Below are positions 9,479-18,698 of a stretch of DNA of 64,000 bases, one piece after another. Source of the DNA: a candidate division FCPU426 bacterium (lineage in GTDB: Bacteria; Oederibacteriota; Muellerivitia; Muellerivitales; Muellerivitaceae); assembly GCA_963796105.1 (NCBI GenBank), contig CAWCKJ010000004.1:1184001-1248000 (forward strand). Reading direction: 5' to 3'. The translations under genes and the position numbers were made by a program. The stretch's first letter is position 1. Each line of letters begins with the position of its first letter. Below the pieces are notes generated by a model, which worked only from the letters and a program-made list of their open reading frames with translations, was not told the DNA's origin and ran no database searches.

Positions 9479-9564
9479 ATGCGACGATTCCGAATACGCG
9501 CCAATTCACTCTTGAAAGAATGAATGGGCCGGTTCGGACAGCCCCTATCGTTATGTTCGCTTAG

Positions 9565-11238
9565 TCACGGGTTGCGCCAAACATCCGCGTAATAGGAGGC
9601 CCCGCCCGGGACGAAGGCGCATCCTCCCGCGGCCCAAAACTCGTTGTTGAACACGTAACTCCCGGCCGCGAAGCGTTCCGCGAAAGGAAGGGTGGGATAG
9701 GCCTGGGTCCAGTTCGTCCCGTCGCTGGAGACCCACACGTCGTCATCCACGCCCGTGTTGGGAATGGTCGGGAAGTAGGGGCTGCCTGCGCCCCCCAACA
9801 GCCATATCTGGTTGTTGAAAACCTGGGCCGCGGCGTAAACCCGCCCGCTGAAGCCCGCGTTGGCGGCCGCCTGGTTCCAATTCTGCCCGTCGGTGGAATA
9901 CCAGCTGTCGTTCATCGCGTTCACCAGGTAGGCGTCGGCCCCCGCGGAAGGGTCGGCATAAGCGGTTCCGCCGGCGATGACCCAAATGGCCCCGTTGAAC
10001 ACCACGCAGGAGGCGCCGGTCCTGGGCGAGGGGAAATTGCCCTCCGGGGTCCAGTTCACGCCGTCGGGCGAGCTCCAAACGTCCGAGAGGGCGCCCAGTC
10101 CCAGGTTGTTGTCCCCGCCGATCACCCAGATCTTGTTGTTGAAGACCACGCAGCCGAAACTTTGCCTGGCCGCGAAGGGTGCGGCAGTCAGGACCTGGGT
10201 CCAATGGACCCCGTCGGTGGAGGACCAGACGTCGTTGCCGTAGCCCCCCGTGACGATCCCGCCGATGAGCCACATCTGGTTGTTGAAAACCACCGCTCCC
10301 ATGCTCCAACGGGTGCCGAAAGGCGTGTTGGTGACGGCTTGGGACCAGGTCACGCCGTTGGAAGAGGACCAGACGTCGGCTTTCACACCCCCTTGTATGG
10401 AGCAATCGGTCCCGCCCCCGATGAGCCACATCTTGTTGTTGTAAACCAGGCTTCCCGAGAACATCCGTTCCCCGAAAGCCGCGGAGGCGGTGGCCTCGAC
10501 CCAGCCGAGGGGGCCCGGCGTAGAGGTCAGGGTCGCCGTCATTGTCGTGGTGGAAGTGACTGTCGCGGTGGCCGTGGATGTCACGGTGTCCGTGGATGTC
10601 ACGGTGGAACTGGGGGTAAAAGACAGGGTCCCGGTTGGGGTGGCGGTAAAGGTGTTCGTGACCGTAACGGTAGGCGAGGCGGTGAGAGTAGGCGACGAAG
10701 TAGAAGTCGTGGTATCCGAATCCGTGGGTGAGGCTGTATTCGTGGCGGTATAGGTCGAAGTATAGGTGGGCGTATTGGTATTTGCCGGGGGAAGGGAAGT
10801 GAGGGTATAGGTCGGTGTCGCCGGGACTGGCGTTTCCGTGAAGGAGGCGGTCCCAGTCGATGTCAAAGTGGCTATAGGCGTCTGGGAGGATGTCTCGCTA
10901 GGGGTCGACGAATCGGTCGGTATGGCGGTGAAGCTATAGGTGGGGGTAGCCATTTGGGTAGGGGTATTAGCGGGAGGAACGGACGTGGGGGTATTGGTAA
11001 AAGTGGAAGTTAGGAGTGAGGAAGTAGAAGTTAGGGTTGGCGAAGCGGTGAAGGTATAGGTTGAGGTTTGGGGTATAGGGGTGGTAGAAACCGTCGGTAA
11101 GACCTGGGTGGGGGTTGAGGTATCCGCCAGAATGGGAGAAGAAGGGGATTGGGAAAAGGACCTTTGACAGCCGGATTCCAGGACTACACCCGCTAATAAA
11201 GCCGCCAGGGATGAAATAACGTATATTTTATAACGCAT
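9565..11238 (-). CDS. Thr/Ser/Pro-rich lipoprotein with C-terminal kelch-like beta-propeller
   Basis: Lipobox-like LESGC; about 220 aa T/S/P linker; repeated VFNNxxWxxGG...DVWSSxDGxxW; start placed at MRYKIY. Confidence 0.75.
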   Translation of the reverse strand: MRYKIYVISSLAALLAGVVLESGCQRSFSQSPSSPILADTSTPTQVLPTVSTTPIPQTSTYTFTASPTLTSTSSLLTSTFTNTPTSVPPANTPTQMATPTYSFTAIPTDSSTPSETSSQTPIATLTSTGTASFTETPVPATPTYTLTSLPPANTNTPTYTSTYTATNTASPTDSDTTTSTSSPTLTASPTVTVTNTFTATPTGTLSFTPSSTVTSTDTVTSTATATVTSTTTMTATLTSTPGPLGWVEATASAAFGERMFSGSLVYNNKMWLIGGGTDCSIQGGVKADVWSSSNGVTWSQAVTNTPFGTRWSMGAVVFNNQMWLIGGIVTGGYGNDVWSSTDGVHWTQVLTAAPFAARQSFGCVVFNNKIWVIGGDNNLGLGALSDVWSSPDGVNWTPEGNFPSPRTGASCVVFNGAIWVIAGGTAYADPSAGADAYLVNAMNDSWYSTDGQNWNQAAANAGFSGRVYAAAQVFNNQIWLLGGAGSPYFPTIPNTGVDDDVWVSSDGTNWTQAYPTLPFAERFAAGSYVFNNEFWAAGGCAFVPGGASYYADVWRNP

Positions 11239-11330
11239 AGGGAATTCCTTTAAAGCCAGTATGTCCTTCCCCTTATAGAGGGACACGCCAGGAATTTATT
11301 CCCTGAAAACTGAACTGTCTGGTTATTTAT

Positions 11331-11388
11331 TAGACAACCATAAGTCAACCTATCAGACAACCATCAGTAAACCCATCAGTCAAACCAA
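11331..11388. repeat. Five imperfect 11-12 bp direct repeats
   Basis: tagacaaccat aagtcaacctat cagacaaccat cagtaaacccat cagtcaaaccaa. Confidence 0.55.
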
Positions 11389-11676
11389 CAATCTGGGCGC
11401 TGACACTGCCGGCCTGTCCTGGATAACCTTTGGCTTGCTGTCCGAGGCCACAAGCCGAGGGCAATGCTTGCAAGCGCAGATTTATAAGAAATCTGTGCTG
11501 GCTTCCTAGGTCAAACTTTTACCCATTTTTAAGGTTTTTTTGATGGCCCACCAATAATTCCCGATTTTATAATCCTTCTAGTTGTCATCGCGAGAAGATA
11601 CCCCAATCAGGGTGATCATCGACGTGGCGACCCCAGTTAGTTTTGCGTTTTGCCGGTAATACCCAGCGGAAAGGGA

Positions 11677-12335
11677 GATAACCCGCCCACATTACTGGTG
11701 GCATATGCCGGTAGGGGGAGATAACCCGCCCACATTACCGGTGGCATTTGTCGGCAGGGGGGGATAACCCGCCCACATTCCCGGGAACATCTGTCGGCAG
11801 GGAGGATAACCCGCCCACATTCCTGGTGGCATGTGCCGGTAGGGGAGGATAACCCGCCCACATTCCTGGTGGCATGTGCCGGTAGGGGAGGATAACCCGC
11901 CCACATTCCTGGGAACATGTGTCGGAAGGGAGGATAACCCACCCACATTACTGGTGGCATATACCGGTAGGGGGAGATAACCCGCCCACATTGCCGGGAA
12001 CATCTGTCGGAAGGGAGGATAACCCGCCCACATTCCTGGGGGTATGTGTCGGCAGGAGAGGATAACCCGCCCACATTCCTGGGGGTATGTGTCGGCAGGA
12101 GAGGATAACCCGCCCACATTCCTGGGGGCATATGCCGGTAGGGGAGGATAACCCGCCCACATTCCCGGGAACATGTGTCGGCAAGAGAGGATAACCCGCC
12201 CACATTGCTGGTGGCATGTGTCGGCAGGGGGGGATAACCCGCCCACATTACTGGTGGCATATGCCGGCATGGGAGGATAACCCGCCCACATTTCCGGCGA
12301 CTTCCGTCGGCAAGGGAGGAAAAACCGCCCTCTTA
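11677..12335. repeat. Tandem array of about 16 units of 42-43 bp (non-CRISPR)
   Basis: Core GATAACCCGCCCACATT at 11677, 11720, 11763, 11805, 11848, 11891, 11933, 11976, 12018, 12061, 12104, 12147, 12190, 12233 and 12276, degenerate at 12319; the intervening 25-26 bp are related to each other. Confidence 0.95.
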
Positions 12336-12535
12336 GCTAGATTATTTTGTTAATAAATTGAAGTTTTGGCTGGGTCTCTGTGTCCCTGTGGTGAAAAACT
12401 ATTTTTCGTTGGTGTGGAAGATAACCCGCCGGCATTGGTGCTTTTATGGGCACCAACACACGCAATTCTTGTGGCTCGGTTTGTAACCTCGCCACAGCGG
12501 CATAGGCGGTTACTTAATATTAAAAGGAGTCATAT

Positions 12536-13195
12536 ATGCCTGAATCTAAACAAGACCCCATGAAATGGCTCAAACAGGTTGCGGATTTGAACGCCTATCT
12601 TAACGGCCGATATACCGCTCCAAGGCCTGAACTTAAAGAAGCCCTGAAACTAAGCGACAGCCAAATCACGGATCTTCTCAACCTTAAAAACTGTTTCGAC
12701 CAGCCGGCAATCGACAAAGTCCGCAAGGCGGCCAAAGGCAAGCCCGGCTTTGCACTCTCCTCAAGAAGCGCCCTGGCCCTGGCGGAACTGAGAGGCCGGG
12801 TTGATGACTTTCGCAGGGTATTCCATGAGGCTTTGGATGTGGTTTTGACCCACCGGTTGGCAACCCTAAAAACCACGGGTTTGGTAAACCATATTTTAAG
12901 CGGAAAACCGGCCAAGGACTTTGATCCTTCCCAGGTCAAAAGAAAGACCCGGTCCGATAAAAAATCCCGTATCCAATCAAATGGACCGGTTTCCGAACCA
13001 AAGATGAAAGAGGCCAAGGGTAATCAGCAAGACTCTCCGAAAGACGCTATTTTCGGGTGTTTAACTTGTCTTTTCTTGATTTGGTTGTTTTTTCCTGTTG
13101 TAGGTTCATGCGTAAAGCACTTGTGTTGTAATTCCAAGGCCTCGTCGGAGGCCGCAAGTACGCCCGTGGTGGGTTCATCGAACCCGGGGAAGTGA
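12536..13195 (+). CDS. Putative ParB/Spo0J-HTH-like DNA-binding protein with C-terminal TM helix
   Basis: AAGGAG RBS; ELKEALKLSDSQITDLLNL...LSSRSALALAEL resembles the ParB central HTH region; hydrophobic AIFGCLTCLFLIWLFFPVV. Confidence 0.5.
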   Translation: MPESKQDPMKWLKQVADLNAYLNGRYTAPRPELKEALKLSDSQITDLLNLKNCFDQPAIDKVRKAAKGKPGFALSSRSALALAELRGRVDDFRRVFHEALDVVLTHRLATLKTTGLVNHILSGKPAKDFDPSQVKRKTRSDKKSRIQSNGPVSEPKMKEAKGNQQDSPKDAIFGCLTCLFLIWLFFPVVGSCVKHLCCNSKASSEAASTPVVGSSNPGK

Positions 13196-13222
13196 AGGAT
13201 ATAGGCTTCACCCGCGCAAGGG

Positions 13223-14362
13223 TCACCGGTTTTTTTCTTTCGCGGGTTCACCCGAATAGACGATTTTAAAAATTCTTTCCCCGTGGTCGTCTGAAACGAA
13301 GAGCTCCCCATGCGGACCGGTCAATAGGTCCACCGGTCTTCCAATACGCTCCTCCCCCTGGAGGAACCCCCAAAGAAAATCCTTCGGTTTTCCAGCTTTA
13401 TTCCCGTCCAACGGCACATAAACCACTTTATAGCCCACGGGAAAGGTCCGGTTCCAGCTTCCATGGAAACAGATATAAAGCCCATTCCTGAATTTTTCCG
13501 GGAAAACAGTGCCTGTATAGAAGTTGATCCCCAAGGGCGCGGAGTGCGCTTGGTACTCAAAAACCGGGTAACCGGTCTGGCGGACGCCGTGACGGCCCAA
13601 TTCCGGGTCTGGGACGGCTTTTCCCCTCAGCGTGTAGGAATAGGGCCAGCCGTAATCTTTTCCTTGTTCGAGGAGATAAAAAGTCTCAGGGGGAAGGTCA
13701 TCGCCCAGGTAATCGCGGCCGTTGCAGGAGGCCCAGAGATCCCGGGTCCCGGGACGAACACAAAGGCCCACGGCGTTTCGCAAACCTTTTGCGAACACCT
13801 CGAAACCCGTTCCGTCCGGGTTGCAGCGGCAGACGGAGGCGTAACGGGGGTCCTTTTCCTCGCAGGAATCGCAGGTGCTCCCGATGGAAATATATAATTT
13901 GCCATCCGGGTTGAAAACCAGGGTGCGGGTGAAATGCCTGCCGCCCGGGGGAAGTTCCACCAATGTTTGGCCGTCTTCCTTAAAAAGCCGGTGGTCCACA
14001 AGTGGAAACCGGGAAACTCGGTTAGTCTCCCCAACGTAGAGGGACCCTTGGTAAAAAGCCAGGCTGTGGGGATTATCCAAACCCTCGATGGCGATCCGGG
14101 TTTGGTCTGAAGTTCCCCGATTGCCCTTGTCCAAAAGCTCCAGGACTCTCCCGCCCTTCATGTCGCAGACCCAAAGGTTCCCCTCCGGGGACAGGGCCAT
14201 TCCCCGCGCGTTACCCAAGCCGGAGGCGTATACGGAAACTTTGAATCCAGGAGGAACGGATAGCCTTGACGCGGCATCGGCCCAGGCGCACCGGGCCAAC
14301 GGTAAAAGCAAGGCGGAGAAAATCAGCAGGAAATATTTTTGAATCGACCTGTTGCTGGACAT
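13223..14362 (-). CDS. PQQ-dependent glucose/sorbosone dehydrogenase-family protein
   Basis: Signal peptide; VPPGFKVSVYA, HFTRTL, GLRNAVG, YGWPY, AHSAPLG, HGSWNR and GRPVD. Confidence 0.88.
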   Translation of the reverse strand: MSSNRSIQKYFLLIFSALLLPLARCAWADAASRLSVPPGFKVSVYASGLGNARGMALSPEGNLWVCDMKGGRVLELLDKGNRGTSDQTRIAIEGLDNPHSLAFYQGSLYVGETNRVSRFPLVDHRLFKEDGQTLVELPPGGRHFTRTLVFNPDGKLYISIGSTCDSCEEKDPRYASVCRCNPDGTGFEVFAKGLRNAVGLCVRPGTRDLWASCNGRDYLGDDLPPETFYLLEQGKDYGWPYSYTLRGKAVPDPELGRHGVRQTGYPVFEYQAHSAPLGINFYTGTVFPEKFRNGLYICFHGSWNRTFPVGYKVVYVPLDGNKAGKPKDFLWGFLQGEERIGRPVDLLTGPHGELFVSDDHGERIFKIVYSGEPAKEKNR

Positions 14363-14932
14363 TGAATCCTCTGCGGCCCATGAAAACCGTCTTTTTGGCT
14401 AGATGGAACCCTGTACCAAGGTATAGCCTACCAAACCTCAAAGTGAGGGATGAGAAAGGCTTTTTCATTGTAAAAACCAGTAGGTCCGAAAACAACGCCT
14501 ATCGGACATCCATTTAAGGACAATTTCTTTTGAGACGTCGCCTGGAAATAACACATGGCGACACTGATCATTGCGGAACGGTCAAGCCAATACAGGTGCT
14601 CTTGTTAGGGCCTTGGGCAGTCCAAGGCGGACCGAGTTTCATAACAAGAACAAATTAATCGCCGATGGCTGTTGGTTAGGGAAGGTTATGGTGTCAGCGC
14701 GGTTTAATTACTCAACAACAACTTGAAAGAAAAAAGGTCCCAATTAATTAGCTACCAAGGCCCAGGTTTGGTGCAAAACCCCGAATGACTTAAAGACCTA
14801 AAGTGACGAATTGTCACTGCCACCCGCTGAGGTGCTGGGGGCCTGACCCCCTTTTTTGGATAAAAGAGAGCAAGTCACCAGGAGCTAAGGTCGGTCGGAA
14901 AAGGAAGAAAGCAGAACTCATTTTTTAAAGAA

Positions 14933-16616
14933 TTAAATTGATTCCCAGGAAATTGCTTTTAAATGAGAGTTTACAGAACCCATTTTTTCAAAAATTATTC
15001 GTAGTTCTTCGTTTACTTTTGAATCATTCATGGATTTTCCAAACTTAAACAGATGAACGGGGTGCCCAATAGAACCCCCTTTATTCCAAATCTCAAAAAG
15101 GTTTTTCATAAAAGGAATTAATTTTTCAGGGAATTTCCTTACAACTACTTCAATAATCTCTTCGGAATGAAGAATGAAAAGATGCTCCAAAGGCAATTTC
15201 TCTTTGCCCGAATTAAAGGTTTTGATTTTTTCCAATATTTGAGAAAACCATTCAATGCAAATTTGGGGTTCAGCTTTTAAATGATCGGTAACAATTAATT
15301 GGACCTTATCCATAGCGCTTCTAGAAAAAGGCCCTTTCATAAGTTGGTCAATATAAGGTCTAAAAACATGAAACTCTTCTGGCCTACTGTGGAGAATAGA
15401 CCAAAATTGCCAAGCCAATTCTCCCCGAAGATTTTCATCTTCTACTTGATCACTTGCTAAAATCCTCATCATTTCTTTTTGAAAATATGACGGATCAAAT
15501 GAAAGTCCCTCCACATTCCTAAAAGACAGATGTCGGTACACAGCATTGAAAAGCAAAAGATGGGATGAATCTTTATATGGTCGAAGAACTTCGAAAACTT
15601 TAATCGCTTCTTCTGTTGTTAAATCGCAAAAATTTATAAATAAACTAACCAAATGATCAGCCAGTTCATTCCAACTACTATGTTTTTTCAGAAGTTCAAG
15701 ATACTGAAATGAAAAAATTGAAAATAACGCGTACTCGCCTTGACGGGGATATTTATTACACCCGCTTAGCAAATTTCGATTTCCAGCAATTTGTATTAAC
15801 GGAATTACGGCTTGGAACTTGATATAAAGATTTTTATGGGAAAGCAATTTTTCCGTGAACCTTAAACATTCTGAAATATATTTTTGATCGTTAGCAAGAA
15901 ATCCAATTCTCCAAGCTAAGCCCCCCAATACTGTTTCGATGGGAAATGCATATTCACCTTTGACAATTTTTTCGTGATGTTTGAAACCGACACTCGTCAT
16001 GTCAACGCTAGGATCGCCTGGGTCGGGGTCATTTATGAAAGTTTTTACCAACCAATAAATATCATCAATTCTTTTTTGATTATTTAACCAATCCGCAAGG
16101 CGAACTATTGTTTGGCGATCTTCAGTATCGGGAAATAGTTCTTCGGGACTATTTTTCCTAAACAATTCTTTAGTTATCTTAAATATCTTTTCTTTAAACT
16201 CGTCCCCAAGACCGTGAAAGGTATAAAGCCACTTCCTAAACAATTCCATGTGATTTAACAAATCTTTGAAATTCAAACCTTCATACGCAGTCAAAAAACC
16301 CTTTTCCAGCAATAGCTCGTGATGTTCGTTTTTTAGAAGCCAAATCTCATCCAGATTTGGATAATTTAATCGGCTAGTAAATATATTACTAAGCGCGTTT
16401 AAGTAATCGCCCAAGTCACCAAAGGTATACTGGTTAAGAAGTAACAAAATCCTTTTTGATACCGGACCATTAAAATAATTTCCTAATTGTTTGTTTGCGT
16501 GATAAATGTGTTCTTCAGTGTTTTCTCGGATTACTTGAGCGGAATTAACACTTCCGGTCCGAGATCCAAAAGACAATAAGACATCATTTTTACGACCCTC
16601 CTTTTTTTCTAATTTA
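14933..16616 (-). pseudogene. 3' part of an IS5-disrupted, AT-rich gene of about 709 aa
   Basis: Joins 17913-18358 in frame once the IS and one TTAA copy are removed (...GKLDI-NKLEKK...). Confidence 0.8.
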
Positions 16617-16620
16617 TTAA

Positions 16621-17912
16621 GGGAACCTCTAAAAATTCCTGTTTGAAGTGCTATCAGATGATGAAAGCCGTTTCGTAGCATTCAACCCACTGATGCGGAG
16701 GGCTTTTACTCCCTGCTTCGCTCTCTTTCAACCTTTCAGTAGCCTTCAGAACCTTCCAAACAGCCAAAATCTATCCAACAACCGTCTTTGGGCGCATTCG
16801 TCCCATCAGGTAAGCAAACCGTTGCATATTGTAAGCGATGTTCCTCATTCCAATCTTCATCCGGGCTCTCACCTTTCCCACCACCCGCAACCAATTGCCT
16901 CCCATCGCCACTTCCATGTGCCCAAATACATGCTCCACCCGAACCCGAACCTTAGACCGGGCCTTGTTCAATTTCTCCTGGAACGCCGTTAGCGGATGAT
17001 TCCGTTTGGATTTATAATGAGTCCGGTTGTCATAGTCTTTACGCTTCAAAGCCTTACTTTTTTTACCTGATCGGTACGCACTATCCGCCCAAATCTTCTT
17101 CCGGTTCTTCCCGTCCAAAATCACCTCAAAAATCTCGCTGTCGTGCACCGAGGCCGCCGTCACCTCAAACTTACGGATCAACTTGTGCTTCCTATCCACA
17201 TTGATGTGGTTTTTGTACCCGTAGTGATTCACGCCGTTTTTCTTCATCCACCGCGCATCCACATCCTTTTGCTTCAGCTTGTCGGGCGCCTTCTTCCACT
17301 CCTGGGGTGTTTCCCCCCTCTTGATCTGGTCGTTTTCATCCTTGTTGTTCCTCTGCCGGGGAACCTCCACGATGGAAGCGTCGATGATCTGCCCTTCCTG
17401 GGCCTTCAACCCCGCCTTGTCCAGGTGCCGGTTGAACTTCTCGAACAAACGGTCAATCCAACCACCTTCCGCCAGCTTGTTGCGGTACATCCAGATGGTC
17501 TTTTCATCCGGTACATCCCCATCCATCCCCAACCCCAGAAAACGCATGAAACTTAAGCGATCCTGGATATAGAACTGGGTTCTCCCGTCCGCGAGGTTGT
17601 AAAGCGCCTGCAAAACCAGCACTTTGAACATCAACACTTCGTCGTAGGGCTTCCGTCCCACTTCGGTCTTCTTCTGCTTATCGCGCAATGCCTTGCGCAA
17701 CATGCTGCGAAAATCCTCCCACGGAACCACACGGTTCAGGGCTTGCAACGGATCCTTCATTTCATCCAACGCCTTCAAACGGTTTTCCAAGTCGAAAAAT
17801 CCGGTTTGTCCCATCGCGGTACCTCTTCCATGGAATTTTTGGCGCTTTCACGCCTTGATTACTCCTTGTACCGCTTTCATCCCGTCTCTACAATGAATTT
17901 TTAGAGGCCCCC
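16621..17912 (-). mobile_element. IS5-family insertion sequence
   Basis: Inverted repeats GGGAACCTCTAAAAATTC / GAATTTTTAGAGGCCCCC (16 of 18); TTAA target duplication at 16617-16620 and 17913-17916. Confidence 0.93.
16771..17814 (-). CDS. IS5-family DDE transposase
   Basis: GRKPYD, DRLSFMRFLG, VPDEKTIW, IIDASI, YGYKNH, ADSAY and RVRVEHVFG. Confidence 0.95.
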   Translation of the reverse strand: MGQTGFFDLENRLKALDEMKDPLQALNRVVPWEDFRSMLRKALRDKQKKTEVGRKPYDEVLMFKVLVLQALYNLADGRTQFYIQDRLSFMRFLGLGMDGDVPDEKTIWMYRNKLAEGGWIDRLFEKFNRHLDKAGLKAQEGQIIDASIVEVPRQRNNKDENDQIKRGETPQEWKKAPDKLKQKDVDARWMKKNGVNHYGYKNHINVDRKHKLIRKFEVTAASVHDSEIFEVILDGKNRKKIWADSAYRSGKKSKALKRKDYDNRTHYKSKRNHPLTAFQEKLNKARSKVRVRVEHVFGHMEVAMGGNWLRVVGKVRARMKIGMRNIAYNMQRFAYLMGRMRPKTVVG

Positions 17913-18358
17913 TTAATATCTAATTTACCAATATTTGGAATAAATAATTCTTTTTCCCCGTATTTAATAGATTCTAAAATTTGATGAATAATTTCTTGTT
18001 CACCGCCCCGCTTCACCCTTATGCCCATTGGAACACGAACAAAGTAATAATCATCTAGAAAACTTTTATCGGTTTTACTTAATTCTTTATTTAAACGATC
18101 TAAATTCAAAATGTAGGAAGCGGTTATTTCTTGGTCTCGTCTATCTAATATTCTTTTTACTTCGATCAGCAGGCAGCTTTTTTCCAAGTAATAATCTGGC
18201 GATGGTCCTTCCGAGCTGCTATCCGAATCAGGGCTAGAAATATTTTCACTGGTAATAGACGGAAAGTATTTCAGATAGTAATAATTAATAAACATTTCAA
18301 GATACTTATTTTCATTTTTACTCTTTGATAAGAAATTCAACTTAATCGCACTTGGCAT
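17913..18358 (-). pseudogene. 5' part of the IS5-disrupted gene, PD-(D/E)xK nuclease-like N-terminus
   Basis: SPDYYLEKSCLLIEVK motif; reading frame is broken by the IS end. Confidence 0.7.
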
Positions 18359-18698
18359 ATTTTCTCCGATAGATTTTAAAAAAGGAAAAGGATAACTTTA
18401 AAAAACAAAGGTGCCAACATTCATCACTTTAGGGTCGCCCCAACAACCTCAAGCCAAAAAACCAACCTTCACCCGATGTTCAATCCAAACTCAAATTAAT
18501 ATCGGGATTTCTAAGCACCTTATCCAAAGGCTCCCCGACATGGACATTATTTCCCCCCCAAATCCACTCGATTCTACCTCTTTCGAATGCAGTCCGCCTT
18601 ATGGCATCTCCAAGATCAGTCTCCGCTTCAGCGGGTTGAAGGCGTGGTACGAGTGAAAAAACCCGGAGCGTTTAAAATTTTGTTATCCTAAACCCATC

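Noticed and set aside
11637..12291. Repetitive minus-strand ORFs of 207, 199 and 89 aa
   Set aside because: They are by-products of the 42/43-bp repeat; the same peptides cycle through all frames
11677..12335. CRISPR array or TIGR-type guide array
   Set aside because: The inter-repeat segments are variants of one sequence rather than unique spacers, and no cas or Nop-domain gene is recognisable nearby
14520..14930. Riboswitch or ncRNA in a long intergenic gap
   Set aside because: Some hairpins, but no recognisable conserved aptamer motif
16617..16681. Start of the 582 aa ORF as an independent gene
   Set aside because: Its first codons lie inside the IS5 end; the ORF is the 3' part of a disrupted gene
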